Position numbers and translations under genes: made by a program. DNA of 56,542 nt from a virus (taxonomy: Duplodnaviria > Caudoviricetes), in the IMG/VR virus record IMGVR_UViG_3300008952_002040, positions 1-56,542 of that record. One strand, given 5' to 3'. A model generated the notes under the pieces. It searched no databases. It was not told the origin of the DNA and was given only the letters and a program-made list of their open reading frames with translations. Each line of letters starts with the position of its first letter. Position 1 is the first letter of the stretch. Shown here piece after piece: positions 45,201 through 55,894 of this stretch.

Positions 45201-48200
45201 GATTCCAACAATCTTTTCCTCGGAATCAGTCGTTACATCTGTTTCTATTTCCAAATCTAAATCAATCGAATCTGTTTGCCAAGAATTCCAATCTATTCGA
45301 GTAGTTTTGTTTCCCATCCAGGATAACCATTGGGCATAATCTCCTTCAACGTTTACAGTGAAAGCAGGTTCCCTATCAGTATCAATCCACAAGTCTGATT
45401 CTGGATTCAGTGTCATTGTTCCTTCCCAGAAAATCACATTAAACGGATTAAGATTTTCCAATCTAGAAGCATATGGATTACCATGGTTAGCTAATTTAGT
45501 ATCATTGTAAGGCAACATAACCATATCTGTCTTTCTTACATAATGGTCATCTAACCGATCTGTATCTGTTGAGTTTTCTTCTATTAATTCTACAGCTTGA
45601 ACATCATGCTCAGGTCTAAATTCACCCTTAAACTTATCTACAGATCCACCGTAATCTTCATGGAGGACATTACCCACACCATGATCTTTAAAACTATCTA
45701 CAATAAATCCTGTTTTAAATCTATCAAACCCATTAGCATCCAAAACTCTAAAATTCTCTGCTTCTTTTTCTAATAAAGATAAAGTTACTGTACGCTCAAT
45801 TGACCTTAAACGTTTTGAAAGACCGGTAATATCTTTCATTGTCCAACGTCTATTTGATGGAATAGTCAATCGCACATCTTTAGTGCTACGAGTATATGGC
45901 CAAATTTGAATACCGCACAACATCATGGAGTTTGGAATTATTTTATTTGAAAAAACCGGCTGTTGTGCTGAAACACCTTTTGATACAATAAGCTGTCCTT
46001 TATCGTTTATATATAATTTATCAGCACGTCCTAAATAATATTGATAATCTAATTCTATAATCGAATTTGGTTGTGGTAAATGTGTAAGAGAAGATCCAGA
46101 ACTTTCAAAATCTCTATTATTATGCGAGAACGGAGATATCGTAGCTGAAGTAGGCGATCCTATCATTGGCCGAAAATCCATCTGATCAGCAACTGATTCT
46201 CCCTTATAAGACGGCAATAAATCATATTCAACTTGGTTAGCATAAGAATCTACAGAAAAATATTCACCAGAGGCATGTGTGAAATAATCAAAGACAATAG
46301 CTAGTTGTCCAGTAGGAGGTGATTCGTTTCCTTTTCTTGTAATTCTAGCGAAATCATAATATCCATCTTTATGACCGTTATCAAAGGAATATTTTTCACT
46401 AATATCTTCCGAATGAGCATTAACCGTTACAACATTAGCTGTTTCTTTTGTGGTTTGCCCTGTAATACTATCCAAAGAAGTAAATGTTCCAGTTTGATAT
46501 ACAAATTGTAAAGTGCCGGAAGAATCATCATTAACTACTAATGCAGTAGCTTTAGAAACTGAACCTAATATTTGCTCTCCGTCTGAAAAGGTGCCAGTAT
46601 AACTTGATATTGTTAAAGAGGGTATGACAGGCGCAGTTGCAATATTAACAGATTCAAAAATACTCCAACATCTATAACCATCAGCTACACCTAAACTGAT
46701 CTGCCGATCCTCTACCCGGAGACCATAAACAGAACTTGAAGCACCATTTTCTGATATTATTTTGGTGTGCATTTTCGTTAAAGTTTTAGCTGCTTCATTA
46801 ACATCAGCTAACTGTATAGTAGCTGAAATTTTTATTTTAGTATTTGTTCCCCAATCACTGTTAGTCATGGTTAAGGTTTTATTTGAAGCTGTAAGAGTAA
46901 ATCCTGAATCTGCTGAAACTATATCACCTTGAGCAATACCAGTTGTTGATGTGCCTAATAGCATTATAGATAAAGTATAATCTTTTTCAGCAAACGGTAA
47001 AAATGTTTCATTTGTACCTACATTTATAGTAATCTCACCGCCAGTTGTTGTTTCCACCCAAAACTGCCGTCTAACCTTTACTTGAGTATCAATTGGATAT
47101 AATGTTTTAACATTTCTATGTGGAATATTCCATATTGAAGTCGAACGAGCAGGATCTTTAATTTCTCCTCTATAGCGTATAGCTTCTGCTCCAGTTATAT
47201 TTAAAGTATAAGCAGAATCAACTGTTGCTACATTAGAATCTAATCCAGTACCTATGGATGATACTCTCCGAGTTTCAATTGCTCCACCAGCAGCTGATGG
47301 CATACCAAGAATATCTCCTACTACAAGTTCTTCATCATAGAAGGAATTAGTGCCTACTACCGAATTACTAATTTCTTCCCCAAGGATATTATCACCTAAA
47401 TCAGATGCTGCTAAAGTTAAACCTTCTTGTCGCAAAACTCCTAAACCATCTTCTAATCCAATCTCATCTACTGAACCAAAAGCATAATTGCCCGATAATG
47501 TAAAAGCTACATCTAAAGAAACATCAGCTGTAAAATCTTGTCCTGCTGCACTTGTAAATGTCTGAAAGATTTGTTTAACATCTTGACCAAAACTCCTATT
47601 TAAAATTATTGACGTTTGGCCCGTTATAGTATCTCCTGAGTGGCTGCTTGCAATAGATTCGCCTGTACTAAAGCGACCCACAACATTTTCTAATGTAAAT
47701 CGTGTATTGTTGCTTGTACCTGAAACCACCATACCAATTGCACCAGAAGTTTGTCCAGTAATTAAGGTTCCGGTTGTTAATGAACAGTTACCTGACATAG
47801 TAACATCAGTGAACATGTTAATGTCAAATAGATATAGTTTGAACAATGAAGTGTTATTAGTAGCAGAAGAGCCTGGAGTGCCAGTAGAATATTCCATCGT
47901 CTTAGCTCTAGCATAACCAACATGCTCACCATTACTTTGGCCTCTAACAGCTGTTTGTCTATTAAACAATTGAAGTGTTTTGAAGGTTTTAATATTTGTG
48001 GCAGCTGAGGTATCAGGATGAATGTCTGGAGTTCCATAAACATTTGTTATATTAGCATATTGTCCCATATTAGCAATAACATTGCCGTCAACCATAGTTT
48101 CAGAGTCACGAGCTTTATCAAACTCTACAGTTCTTGGAGAAAGAATTTCAACCTCTCGGCCGGCTACATAAGCTTTTCCTGGACTAACTATGGCTACAAA

Positions 48201-49268
48201 TTTATTAACATCACCTGCAGGAACATCTTCAAGTCCATACATTCCATTATTAATGCCGTCATTTAAATGCTCTTTAATATCAAATACAAAAGGCTTTACT
48301 ACATAATCTCCAGATTCTTCTGAAGTTCTCCTAGCTATCATATCCTCAACTACACTATATTCTGGATATCGAACATGGTGAATAATTCTACCAGCATCCA
48401 ATCTCATCAATTCTGTGAAATTGGTATCTGTTGCATCTGCCAAGCTATATTTCGCTAATACTAATTCTACTTTAAGGCGATCAGCCCCATCTGCAGCAAA
48501 ATTTGATGCACCTTGTGCATTATCTAACAGTGCATTATTAGTAAGTGATGTTACTACAGACTCTTGAACATCAAATCCAACCCTACAAGTAGGCACATTA
48601 GTATACTTTTCTATTATTAATGCTTGGTCATCGGTTTGTACAAACATACCACGAACAAAGAAAACACCCGCTGTGACCGTTACAGCACACCCGGTATGTG
48701 TAGCACTAGAGCTTTCTAATATAGCTGAATAAGCATTAGCACCGTAAGATGCTCCATTAGCAGCAAAGATAGTGCCATCTGATTTGATTTGCTCGCCGTC
48801 TGTAAATACCTTTGCAGCGTTATCTGTTCCTGATGATATGTATTTTACAAAAAGAGTATCTGGATCTGTTCCATCTGCAACTGCATAATTAATAACTCTA
48901 GCTGTAACACCCGAATCAGCTCCTGTGATTATGGTATCTTTATATGTGGATAGATAAGTTGATACTTCCCACACTAGATTTGGGTCGGTACTTGAATTGT
49001 CAGCTATGTTTGAGCGTCCTACTTTAGGTTGAAGCTTAATTGCAAAATAATTTTTATCAAACCCAACATTTCCAGGAATTACAATTGAACCTTCTTGGAA
49101 GATGTGTCTACCAAATCGCTCAATTTGATTTTGTAAAATGGATTGAAGTTGTGTTAATTCTCTAGCTTGAACTGCTTTAGCAGGCTTAAAAAGTACCTTA
49201 TGGAATTGATCAGCTTCATTGTAATCATCAAAATAAGGGCTTACGTTTAAATCTGTTTTTTGTGCCAT
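42270..49268 (-). CDS. Large baseplate/tail-associated structural protein, DUF4815 / VrlC-like (2332 aa)
   Basis: MAQKTDLNVSPYFDDY..FHKVLFKP..AVQARELTQLQSILQNQIE, ARRT.EESGDY.V, PGKAYV.G.E, RFKTGFIVD.F, DPLAQT, QPYLGSLFKSQNASTW, EDLKF; directly after gp8. Confidence 0.85.
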   Translation of the reverse strand: MAQKTDLNVSPYFDDYNEADQFHKVLFKPAKAVQARELTQLQSILQNQIERFGRHIFQEGSIVIPGNVGFDKNYFAIKLQPKVGRSNIADNSSTDPNLVWEVSTYLSTYKDTIITGADSGVTARVINYAVADGTDPDTLFVKYISSGTDNAAKVFTDGEQIKSDGTIFAANGASYGANAYSAILESSSATHTGCAVTVTAGVFFVRGMFVQTDDQALIIEKYTNVPTCRVGFDVQESVVTSLTNNALLDNAQGASNFAADGADRLKVELVLAKYSLADATDTNFTELMRLDAGRIIHHVRYPEYSVVEDMIARRTSEESGDYVVKPFVFDIKEHLNDGINNGMYGLEDVPAGDVNKFVAIVSPGKAYVAGREVEILSPRTVEFDKARDSETMVDGNVIANMGQYANITNVYGTPDIHPDTSAATNIKTFKTLQLFNRQTAVRGQSNGEHVGYARAKTMEYSTGTPGSSATNNTSLFKLYLFDINMFTDVTMSGNCSLTTGTLITGQTSGAIGMVVSGTSNNTRFTLENVVGRFSTGESIASSHSGDTITGQTSIILNRSFGQDVKQIFQTFTSAAGQDFTADVSLDVAFTLSGNYAFGSVDEIGLEDGLGVLRQEGLTLAASDLGDNILGEEISNSVVGTNSFYDEELVVGDILGMPSAAGGAIETRRVSSIGTGLDSNVATVDSAYTLNITGAEAIRYRGEIKDPARSTSIWNIPHRNVKTLYPIDTQVKVRRQFWVETTTGGEITINVGTNETFLPFAEKDYTLSIMLLGTSTTGIAQGDIVSADSGFTLTASNKTLTMTNSDWGTNTKIKISATIQLADVNEAAKTLTKMHTKIISENGASSSVYGLRVEDRQISLGVADGYRCWSIFESVNIATAPVIPSLTISSYTGTFSDGEQILGSVSKATALVVNDDSSGTLQFVYQTGTFTSLDSITGQTTKETANVVTVNAHSEDISEKYSFDNGHKDGYYDFARITRKGNESPPTGQLAIVFDYFTHASGEYFSVDSYANQVEYDLLPSYKGESVADQMDFRPMIGSPTSATISPFSHNNRDFESSGSSLTHLPQPNSIIELDYQYYLGRADKLYINDKGQLIVSKGVSAQQPVFSNKIIPNSMMLCGIQIWPYTRSTKDVRLTIPSNRRWTMKDITGLSKRLRSIERTVTLSLLEKEAENFRVLDANGFDRFKTGFIVDSFKDHGVGNVLHEDYGGSVDKFKGEFRPEHDVQAVELIEENSTDTDRLDDHYVRKTDMVMLPYNDTKLANHGNPYASRLENLNPFNVIFWEGTMTLNPESDLWIDTDREPAFTVNVEGDYAQWLSWMGNKTTRIDWNSWQTDSIDLDLEIETDVTTDSEEKIVGIRNDDRIIVDRSGRPGRMRFEEIETTLTTTVENTVSGTVSLEQSRTGTQFDLEEFRQNRSTGDETTMEIIPWMRQRDVEITVTGMKPNTQVYAFFNNRDVGNHVRPSGISVANSPLVSAIDKIATTVTVSNTQGFPNAPGALTISRAVDPVSPDRTFDPGDLAPGSNDQYRWTDINGTMLVTSEKMIYTAKTGTTFTISERGADGTTVRDHAQYTDSNGVLQWPTVTSGVRGMPLVTDSLGQLQCTFTIPNETGLRFPIGDGIFRLTDSDTNSKIVGTIDTAAEGIYHAFGQQQIKQERINSLRQGRVIRDDTLFEKRDSTDNPNLSSSDRDTDTDTDTATVTGERFHGWFDPLAQTIMIQEPQFPHGVFATKVDVFFGEKDTTAAPAPVRCELRTVVNGYPTDTAMPGSQITLEASEVNVSSDASLPTTFTFEWPQQLDANQEYCIVLISASLDYKVWISRLGEIDVGGTSAISEQPYLGSLFKSQNASTWTASQYEDLKFQLYRASFDISKTGNLYLVNQPLGRSEGFVPQSDGSTRYLKKNPIVFDTAVPNKAKVKMFGHGMYDTINNVIIKDVHSEISDTTLNEGATLTAADTTITLTSSTNFPTTGWIKIDDEIISYSGVSGNDLTGCVRGQDGTTAATHGDNSIVQCYVLNGVPLTEINKTHTAITGMEIDSFDIPISSPPTRTMSAGGSNALITKNVPYDTLYAKIRILDNPATSVDTYAQVTSGKTLGSPDSGAFSQTSYLRINNADKFQFPLYENYNFTKPHIIASPINEANELAGKKSLRFSAELNSSRNEMSPVIDVGKGQSGVIAIANRINKIADSSDVGALTANIFKDSTAPEGDSNTAIYMTKEISLRQASTAIKVMFDASVQSEAGLKVYYKIRRSNSEEDFEDIGWVPFNDTGNPDVTVPISSSMNDFREYEFTAGNNDDIATTTLPLEDFSSFAVKIVLQTLNTAKPPLIRQFRALALAV

Positions 49269-49280
49269 TTTATATTTTTC

Positions 49281-50672
49281 CTAGAACTCAATTACTAATT
49301 TTATATTTTCTGTTTGGTCTGTAGCTCGAACAATAGGAGCTCTTTGTTCGCAATATAACATATCTCCAGAAAAATAATCTATTTCTGGATTACTTAATGT
49401 ATCCACAACACCTGTAGCTAAACTTGCACTAGTAATTGTTTCACCAACTGTAAATGGTTTAATTTTCTTATCGTCAGAAACATTATAATCTGTTTGTATA
49501 TAATGTAATTTTTTACTTGTAGCGTCAAACTTAACAACCTCAGCTTTAGCTCCGGATGTTCCTCCGGTAATAACTTCGTCCACTAAAAACGATCCAGGAG
49601 TACCGCTGAATGTCAATGTTTTTAAAGCATTTAATGTTGAATCTGTTGCTGCCGTAGATGAGCCATAATCATTAGGATTTCGGACTAAACCGACCCTTCT
49701 AAAATCCTGATCGACTACAAAATCTCCAGCACCTTCTGATCCCACAAGTGATGTGTTTGTCATAACATAATATGCATAAAGTTCTTTAATGGAATCATAT
49801 CCGTGGCCGCCAGCGGGGCCAATGACCGCATTAAATACCGGATCAGTTACTCCAGTTCCCATAGCAGGCTCTGATGATAAATCTATATCAGCATATCTAT
49901 AATTACTACCTTGAGCCGTTACAGTAACCTCCGTAATAACTCCAGCAGAAATTGTAACAGAACACTCGCCTCCGGAACCATCACCTTCAATTTTTACATT
50001 ATGATAATCCCCGTCCGTGAATCCGGAGCCGCCAGACGTTATGAGAATACGCCGTATTTCACCATCAGCTGCACTAGACGATACTGATGTTTGTGTGCCG
50101 CCAGAAACAGTTCCTAAAGTATCATATACCGGCATAAAATCTACAGTTAAAAACTTTTGAACTTGTGTCGAGGTTAAAGTATACATATACTTCCAATAAT
50201 AATCATCGCCAGTTTTTACTTCAACATTAGATGTGTGTGTTGGTTTAGTTGTTGCTGCAGCACCACCATTATTCCACATACATTTATAAACTTTAAACTC
50301 GTCGGTCATAACAACAAAAGTAGAGTCTCCTAAATTTGTAGCACCACTAGTTGTGGTGTTAGAAGGACTATAATCATGCATATATTGGTCATATACGGTT
50401 CCTGACGTCCAATCTCGTCTCGGAATTACAAATTGAATGTCAGATGAAGTTATTTTTTTAGCAGCAAGCATATCCCGATAATTACGGAATTCTTCCTCTA
50501 CGTTATCTATTGGAGCTGGTGGAACTGTATCTGTTCCTCCGCCTGTTGTTGATGAAAATGGTAAAGGCCGACCCACATATAGATAATAATGTGTATTAGC
50601 CGATTCATCAAAAGACTCATAAAACTGCTCTGCATTATGAATCCTAAATTTATTGGTAATTATTGCTGACAT
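49281..50672 (-). CDS. gp8: Baseplate wedge subunit (T4 gp8-like)
   Basis: MSAIITNKFRIHNAEQF, IPRRDW.SG..YD.Y, VYKC, D.Y.WKYMYT, GGHG, SGD.LY.EQR.PI.R..DQTENIKLVIEF. Confidence 0.88.
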   Translation of the reverse strand: MSAIITNKFRIHNAEQFYESFDESANTHYYLYVGRPLPFSSTTGGGTDTVPPAPIDNVEEEFRNYRDMLAAKKITSSDIQFVIPRRDWTSGTVYDQYMHDYSPSNTTTSGATNLGDSTFVVMTDEFKVYKCMWNNGGAAATTKPTHTSNVEVKTGDDYYWKYMYTLTSTQVQKFLTVDFMPVYDTLGTVSGGTQTSVSSSAADGEIRRILITSGGSGFTDGDYHNVKIEGDGSGGECSVTISAGVITEVTVTAQGSNYRYADIDLSSEPAMGTGVTDPVFNAVIGPAGGHGYDSIKELYAYYVMTNTSLVGSEGAGDFVVDQDFRRVGLVRNPNDYGSSTAATDSTLNALKTLTFSGTPGSFLVDEVITGGTSGAKAEVVKFDATSKKLHYIQTDYNVSDDKKIKPFTVGETITSASLATGVVDTLSNPEIDYFSGDMLYCEQRAPIVRATDQTENIKLVIEF

Positions 50673-50701
50673 TTTAAATCAAATCTCCGAGTTTATTTTA
50701 C

Positions 50702-50709
50702 TATTTATA
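50702..50709 (-). promoter_or_regulatory. T4-type late promoter TATAAATA upstream of gp8
   Basis: TATTTATA on + strand overlapping the gp7 stop; GGAG RBS follows. Confidence 0.75.
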
Positions 50710-53700
50710 CATTTTCTATTGTAATTTCTGACGGTGCCGGTATATACCAACGTCTTCCTGGATAATCTATAATATCTCCCAATTTTACGTTAGACCAATC
50801 TTGAATTCGGTATCCATGCTTCTGTGTTATTACAAACACATAATTATATACATCAGAGCCGTCTGTGTGTGTTGTTGCTGTGGTACTATTAGCACCTCTA
50901 GCACATCCAGTTAAATCGTTTCCGGATTTGCCAGTATATGTAATTTCTTCACTGTCTATTAATATGGTCCCGACAGTGGGGAATTCTGTAGCATCTGTTA
51001 GTGTTATTGTTGTATCTCCAGCGGACAAAATCGCACCTTCATTTAAAGTTGTTTTTTGCCGTGATTCATAAAAGCCGGCATTTGTGCCTGAAGTAGTTTC
51101 ATTTCTGGCAGATAACAAATAGCTGTTTGCGAATTTAAATTTATCAAAATTTCCTAAATTAGGCTGTCCATATCCATCATAACCAACTGTATTTAAAGGA
51201 TAACTAGGTTCTCTAATAATAGATACTCTTAGGGTTAAAGTAACATCTTTATCATTACTTAAATCAGTGTTTCTACTAACACCGCTTTCTGGTGCTGTGC
51301 TTAATGTTTCTGCTTCTGTTCCTAATCGTCGGCCATGCTTAGTTGTAAAGATAGTCTTGAAGGTTGAGAATAGTGGTGGAGTAAGAAGCTCTCTTGCAGT
51401 TCCAGCTGAAGATGTTGAAATGGTTTTAATCCTCACATCCACCGTTTGGATTGGATTAATTTCTCCAAATAAAGCAAACCCAGCAGGGTGTACTGAACTC
51501 AATAAAGAGTCTCGCCATAAACCAATAGATGTGGCTGTTTTTACTACATAAGAAAAATCTTGATAATAATAACTGTCTTGTATCTTTTTAGAATCTTCTG
51601 ATATCCATCCATCTTGATTAATATATGCTCCAAATGTTGCAGCTCCGGAAACAATTGAACTAAACACAGCCTTATCATTACTGAAAATTTTGCCAGTAAA
51701 ACTAGAAGCGGATTGTGTTAGTGTATCGTCAACAGAAAAATCTCCATCAATTGAAGATATCTTCATTAATTGTGTTTTTTGATTATAACTTTTAATGAGG
51801 GCTGTTCCGCCAGAAGAGCTTGTAACTGTTTGACCTACAACTGGTGGGTCTCCAGTTAAATTAATAATTAAAAGATTTTCTACTGTTGTTATTGTCGGAG
51901 CTGAATAATGCACTCCGGGCTCAGAAATAGATGTTGCTGCTATTTTTCCTATATTGCCATCTCCATAAGCTATAACAACGCCACCATTTCTAGCTTGACC
52001 AGCAACAACATCATAAGTAACAACAGCCGATCCATCATTATGTTGATATGCTGTAGTGCCTCCGGCTCCCCTAACACACCCAGTTAGAGTATTTGAAGAT
52101 ATTCCATAATATTCTATTTTTTCTTCGCCTATATAAATTGTTCCTGGACTTGTTGGTGTAGCTATATGAAATTCAGCTACAGACGTTAGTGTTATACTTG
52201 TAGCATCAGACTCTAAAATTCCACCTTCATTTAAAGTTGATGAGCCAGCTGGTAGATATAGTGAAGGTAAGGATTTATAGTTGTTTCCAAACTGTTTTAT
52301 CCTAATATCAGTAATATCTCTGATACCAGTATCTCTTTCTTGAACTAATTTATCCCCAGATATTGTATCATATTGTACTAAATCATCTTCTAATATAAAA
52401 TGGTCTTCAGCTCCCATACCATAATTTATTTCTTGGGTTAAATATAATCCATTTTCTATTAAAATTTCATCTCCAGCATTAGCTCCAGCACCATCAGTTC
52501 CGCCATCTTCTATGATAAACCTAAATTCATTTTCTAATGAACCAGTTTCTGGAGCAAAACCTCCATTAACCACACTAATTTCTGCTTTTAAAGAAGCTCC
52601 AAAAGTTCCGGTATTATCGACTAATAATTTGTCTCCAATTTCATATCCTTGGCCTGCTGTAGAAATGATAACATTATCTACCGAACCGGTGTTAAGCTCA
52701 GAAATTTCCGCTAATAGCCCATCCCCGTAGAGTGATGTTATATTTAAAGGATCTTCTTCAGTAAAATATTGCCCCGAAGCAGAAGTATCCATATCACCCA
52801 CCTGTGATGCTATTTTAGCCCAAAGAGTCCGCTCTGATTTAGTGTTATCTTGTCCATATATTTTTTGTCCTGCTATAAAGGTGCCCACAACACTAGATAA
52901 AACCAAATCATAAACAATAGATGTTCCAATTTGTAATTGAGTAACAGTTTCAACGACAGCTGTAGACTTTTCTATAACAGGATAATTATTAGTATCTGGC
53001 GGTGTTTTTGTAGCATTAACTTCTGGAGAAAAATGACCACCAGATCGGATAGAAAGGTCATTAACTCGCTCTTGAGTTATTGTTTCTCCAACAAGATTAT
53101 TTAAATTATATTGCTGAGTAAAAGATTGCTCATTTAAAATTTGGTTGCCTGATTCTAATATAAGGAATATATCATTGTTCTGTGAACCGCCAACCTCTAT
53201 ATTATTCTCTAATAATATAGCATCATTAACTTGTTGCACTCTTAATATAGGATCATTTGTCCATTTTCCTCCAGAAACTCTAAATACGTTTTCTGTTGGA
53301 TAAAATATTTCTACATTTTCATCCAATAGCAATCTAAAAAATATTTCATGTCCTTTTCTAGTTCCTTTGGTTTTATAAAGGTCGGTGATATTTTTTAAAA
53401 TGTTTTTCTTATTTACTCCAGGAGCTAAAGTCTTTGGAATAGTTTTTAAGAAAGCTGATTTAAATTCGTCAAAGAAAGAATCTATAGTATCATCAACATC
53501 AGCATATTTCATAAGATCAGAAATAGATTCTACTGGGTTTGATGTATAATCGAATATGTATCCAGCTGCATTGGAAGTTTGGCCAACAATTTGCTCATTT
53601 AGTAAAAATTTATTTTGGCTTGAAATAAACAATCTAGAGTTGTCATCAATATCTACAACACGAATTGTTGCTGTAGCTTTAGAAGTTTGCCCTATAATAG

Positions 53701-54022
53701 TTTCACCATTTACGAAATGGTTTCCAGCCCTAACTAGTGTTGGACCACCAGCCGCCCAATCATAATCTTCTAATAAAACTTCTTTAGCAGAAGGATCTCT
53801 ATATAATGTTTTGCCGACTGTTTCATCTTCTAAAATCATCCTATCATAATCTTCGGTTATAATAGAATCTTTAGAGCCTAATTTATTTAATTTAAGCTCA
53901 GCTGATTCTAAAAACTCATAATATATTTTTACAAATTCCGCAAAAACATTATGATCGGACTTAATAAACTCTGGTAAATTTTCAGCTACCAGCGTTGATA
54001 ATTTCTTTTTTAACTCTGACAT
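50705..54022 (-). CDS. gp7: Baseplate wedge initiator (T4 gp7-like)
   Basis: LPEFI..D...F..F...YYEFLE, KNI.DLY..KGT.....FFRLL, IQDSYYYQDFSYVVK...W......VHPAGF; lies between gp6 and gp8. Confidence 0.78.
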   Translation of the reverse strand: MSELKKKLSTLVAENLPEFIKSDHNVFAEFVKIYYEFLESAELKLNKLGSKDSIITEDYDRMILEDETVGKTLYRDPSAKEVLLEDYDWAAGGPTLVRAGNHFVNGETIIGQTSKATATIRVVDIDDNSRLFISSQNKFLLNEQIVGQTSNAAGYIFDYTSNPVESISDLMKYADVDDTIDSFFDEFKSAFLKTIPKTLAPGVNKKNILKNITDLYKTKGTRKGHEIFFRLLLDENVEIFYPTENVFRVSGGKWTNDPILRVQQVNDAILLENNIEVGGSQNNDIFLILESGNQILNEQSFTQQYNLNNLVGETITQERVNDLSIRSGGHFSPEVNATKTPPDTNNYPVIEKSTAVVETVTQLQIGTSIVYDLVLSSVVGTFIAGQKIYGQDNTKSERTLWAKIASQVGDMDTSASGQYFTEEDPLNITSLYGDGLLAEISELNTGSVDNVIISTAGQGYEIGDKLLVDNTGTFGASLKAEISVVNGGFAPETGSLENEFRFIIEDGGTDGAGANAGDEILIENGLYLTQEINYGMGAEDHFILEDDLVQYDTISGDKLVQERDTGIRDITDIRIKQFGNNYKSLPSLYLPAGSSTLNEGGILESDATSITLTSVAEFHIATPTSPGTIYIGEEKIEYYGISSNTLTGCVRGAGGTTAYQHNDGSAVVTYDVVAGQARNGGVVIAYGDGNIGKIAATSISEPGVHYSAPTITTVENLLIINLTGDPPVVGQTVTSSSGGTALIKSYNQKTQLMKISSIDGDFSVDDTLTQSASSFTGKIFSNDKAVFSSIVSGAATFGAYINQDGWISEDSKKIQDSYYYQDFSYVVKTATSIGLWRDSLLSSVHPAGFALFGEINPIQTVDVRIKTISTSSAGTARELLTPPLFSTFKTIFTTKHGRRLGTEAETLSTAPESGVSRNTDLSNDKDVTLTLRVSIIREPSYPLNTVGYDGYGQPNLGNFDKFKFANSYLLSARNETTSGTNAGFYESRQKTTLNEGAILSAGDTTITLTDATEFPTVGTILIDSEEITYTGKSGNDLTGCARGANSTTATTHTDGSDVYNYVFVITQKHGYRIQDWSNVKLGDIIDYPGRRWYIPAPSEITIENV

Positions 54023-54025
54023 TTA

Positions 54026-55894
54026 TTAATATGTAGCTGTTGTAGAGTATCCTGTACCGGCATTAGCACTACCAGATGCTATGGTGTCTGATTCTCCTGT
54101 TACTTTCATGTTAGTTGTATCTATTAATAAAAGTTGATTTCTAACCGCAACTACATCATTTGAAGCTGGAGTAACCGTAATTGTAATTGTTCCGTCTGTG
54201 TTCTCAGCAGATATAATATTAAATGATGTTAATATTATTTGGCCAGTATCATAATCAATTGTGCCGGCTTCAAGGTCTACATAAGACTCAGCAGATCCAA
54301 CCAATTTATATGTTCTAATGTTTCCTTTACCATCATCATCTAAAAATAAAACATCTGAACCGCCTTCTAAAACGAATCCAGTAGATGTAAGAATACTTTT
54401 ATGGCCTGCATGTGGATGATGGAATGGATTGTTAAAATCCATTGTATATTTTGTGATTGTAGCTAATGTAGGTGTCAATGCTTGACTAATCTGTATTGTG
54501 GTAATATTTGATAAAATAGAATCATCAACCGTATCAATTATATTTGTAAATTTAGAATGTCTAAAAACACCTTCAAATTGTTCCAAATAATTATCACTAT
54601 ATTCAGCTACTTTAGCAGCTATTAATGTTTCTATATCCAATGCTGTTTTTGTTGTATTAAACTCATTGAATTTAAAAGAAATATTTGGAATAATCTTTGT
54701 AATATCCGGATTAATAAACACAGGCGTAATACTAGCAACAGTATATTTTTTTAATTGATTTGTTAAACTTTCCTTTACTACATTAGTTAAATTGGAACCA
54801 GTGTGCGGCTTAATACTAATATAAACTTTTCCATACACAGGCGGATTTGAAAATTCTCCACCCCATACAGCAATAGATTCTATATCTCCATATAATTGCG
54901 GCAATAAAGCTTTATAATCAGTAGCTGTTACTCCTCTATTCTGAGAAGCAAAATGTAACGGTGCATTATACCTAATTGAATCTAAAGTTTCAGCTGTAGC
55001 GCCACCTGCAGCGGAAGTAATTGTGGTAACTTCTATATTACTAAAACCTGAAATACCACCGCCTGCATTAAATGTAGAAGCTCCATTGGCAGCTTCTAAA
55101 TTGGTAACAACATATTTAACAGATATTATATTTCCATCAGTTAAAGCTTTTCCTACAGCATCATCTCCAAAATAAATTTCCCATTTATTATCTACAGTTT
55201 CTTGAATAAAAAAGGCCCTTGTTGAAGCATCAACATCTATAAGATCATTAGCTTTAATAAAGGTTTCTTTAAATGTATCCACTGAGCTTGTTTGTACCGA
55301 AACCAATACTGTAGATATATCAACATTATTATTAGGAATTATAAATCGTTGGTCAACATCTGTTAAGTCTACGGTGAATTTTGTTTCTGTCCAAGATCCT
55401 TCATAAACAGGAATCCCAACACCATCATCTCCAAAAACATAAGCTTGTGTTTCTAGTCCTGAAGAAGTTGGTGTTATTGTTCTATCTTCGGTATTTACAA
55501 ACTGATAATCTTTACCATCAATTGTTGTAGTAAATACATACCCTTCGGGCATTGTTATTGATGGTGTGTTAGCATCATGTACTTGTACTTTTAAATAGGC
55601 AGCTGGCGCTCGTACTGATCTGGGTGTATAACCAAGAGCTTTAGCATGTGACACTACAGAGTTTCTTTTAACAGCAGTATCCAAAAACATTTCATTAGCT
55701 AACATATTAGCATAAAATGCTTGATAGTGTGTATTGTAAGCAAGAACATCTAGTAAAATATTCATGCCAGAACCTTCAAAATCATAATCAGTAAAATGTG
55801 ATTGACCTTTAAGGTAAATTTTTAGATTGTCTTTGATATCTTCAAAATCCAATCCAGTAATATTCATTCTGCCTTCTGTTGTTTTCCCTGCCAT
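54026..55894 (-). CDS. gp6: Baseplate wedge subunit (T4 gp6-like)
   Basis: LDFEDIK.NL...L..Q..FTDYDFEGSG.NILLDVLAYNTHY, NEMFLDTA..R.SVVSHAK.LGY.P.S, YFGD...GK, QNR.VT..DY, WGGE...PP.YGKV, GTIDY.TG. Confidence 0.95.
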   Translation of the reverse strand: MAGKTTEGRMNITGLDFEDIKDNLKIYLKGQSHFTDYDFEGSGMNILLDVLAYNTHYQAFYANMLANEMFLDTAVKRNSVVSHAKALGYTPRSVRAPAAYLKVQVHDANTPSITMPEGYVFTTTIDGKDYQFVNTEDRTITPTSSGLETQAYVFGDDGVGIPVYEGSWTETKFTVDLTDVDQRFIIPNNNVDISTVLVSVQTSSVDTFKETFIKANDLIDVDASTRAFFIQETVDNKWEIYFGDDAVGKALTDGNIISVKYVVTNLEAANGASTFNAGGGISGFSNIEVTTITSAAGGATAETLDSIRYNAPLHFASQNRGVTATDYKALLPQLYGDIESIAVWGGEFSNPPVYGKVYISIKPHTGSNLTNVVKESLTNQLKKYTVASITPVFINPDITKIIPNISFKFNEFNTTKTALDIETLIAAKVAEYSDNYLEQFEGVFRHSKFTNIIDTVDDSILSNITTIQISQALTPTLATITKYTMDFNNPFHHPHAGHKSILTSTGFVLEGGSDVLFLDDDGKGNIRTYKLVGSAESYVDLEAGTIDYDTGQIILTSFNIISAENTDGTITITVTPASNDVVAVRNQLLLIDTTNMKVTGESDTIASGSANAGTGYSTTATY

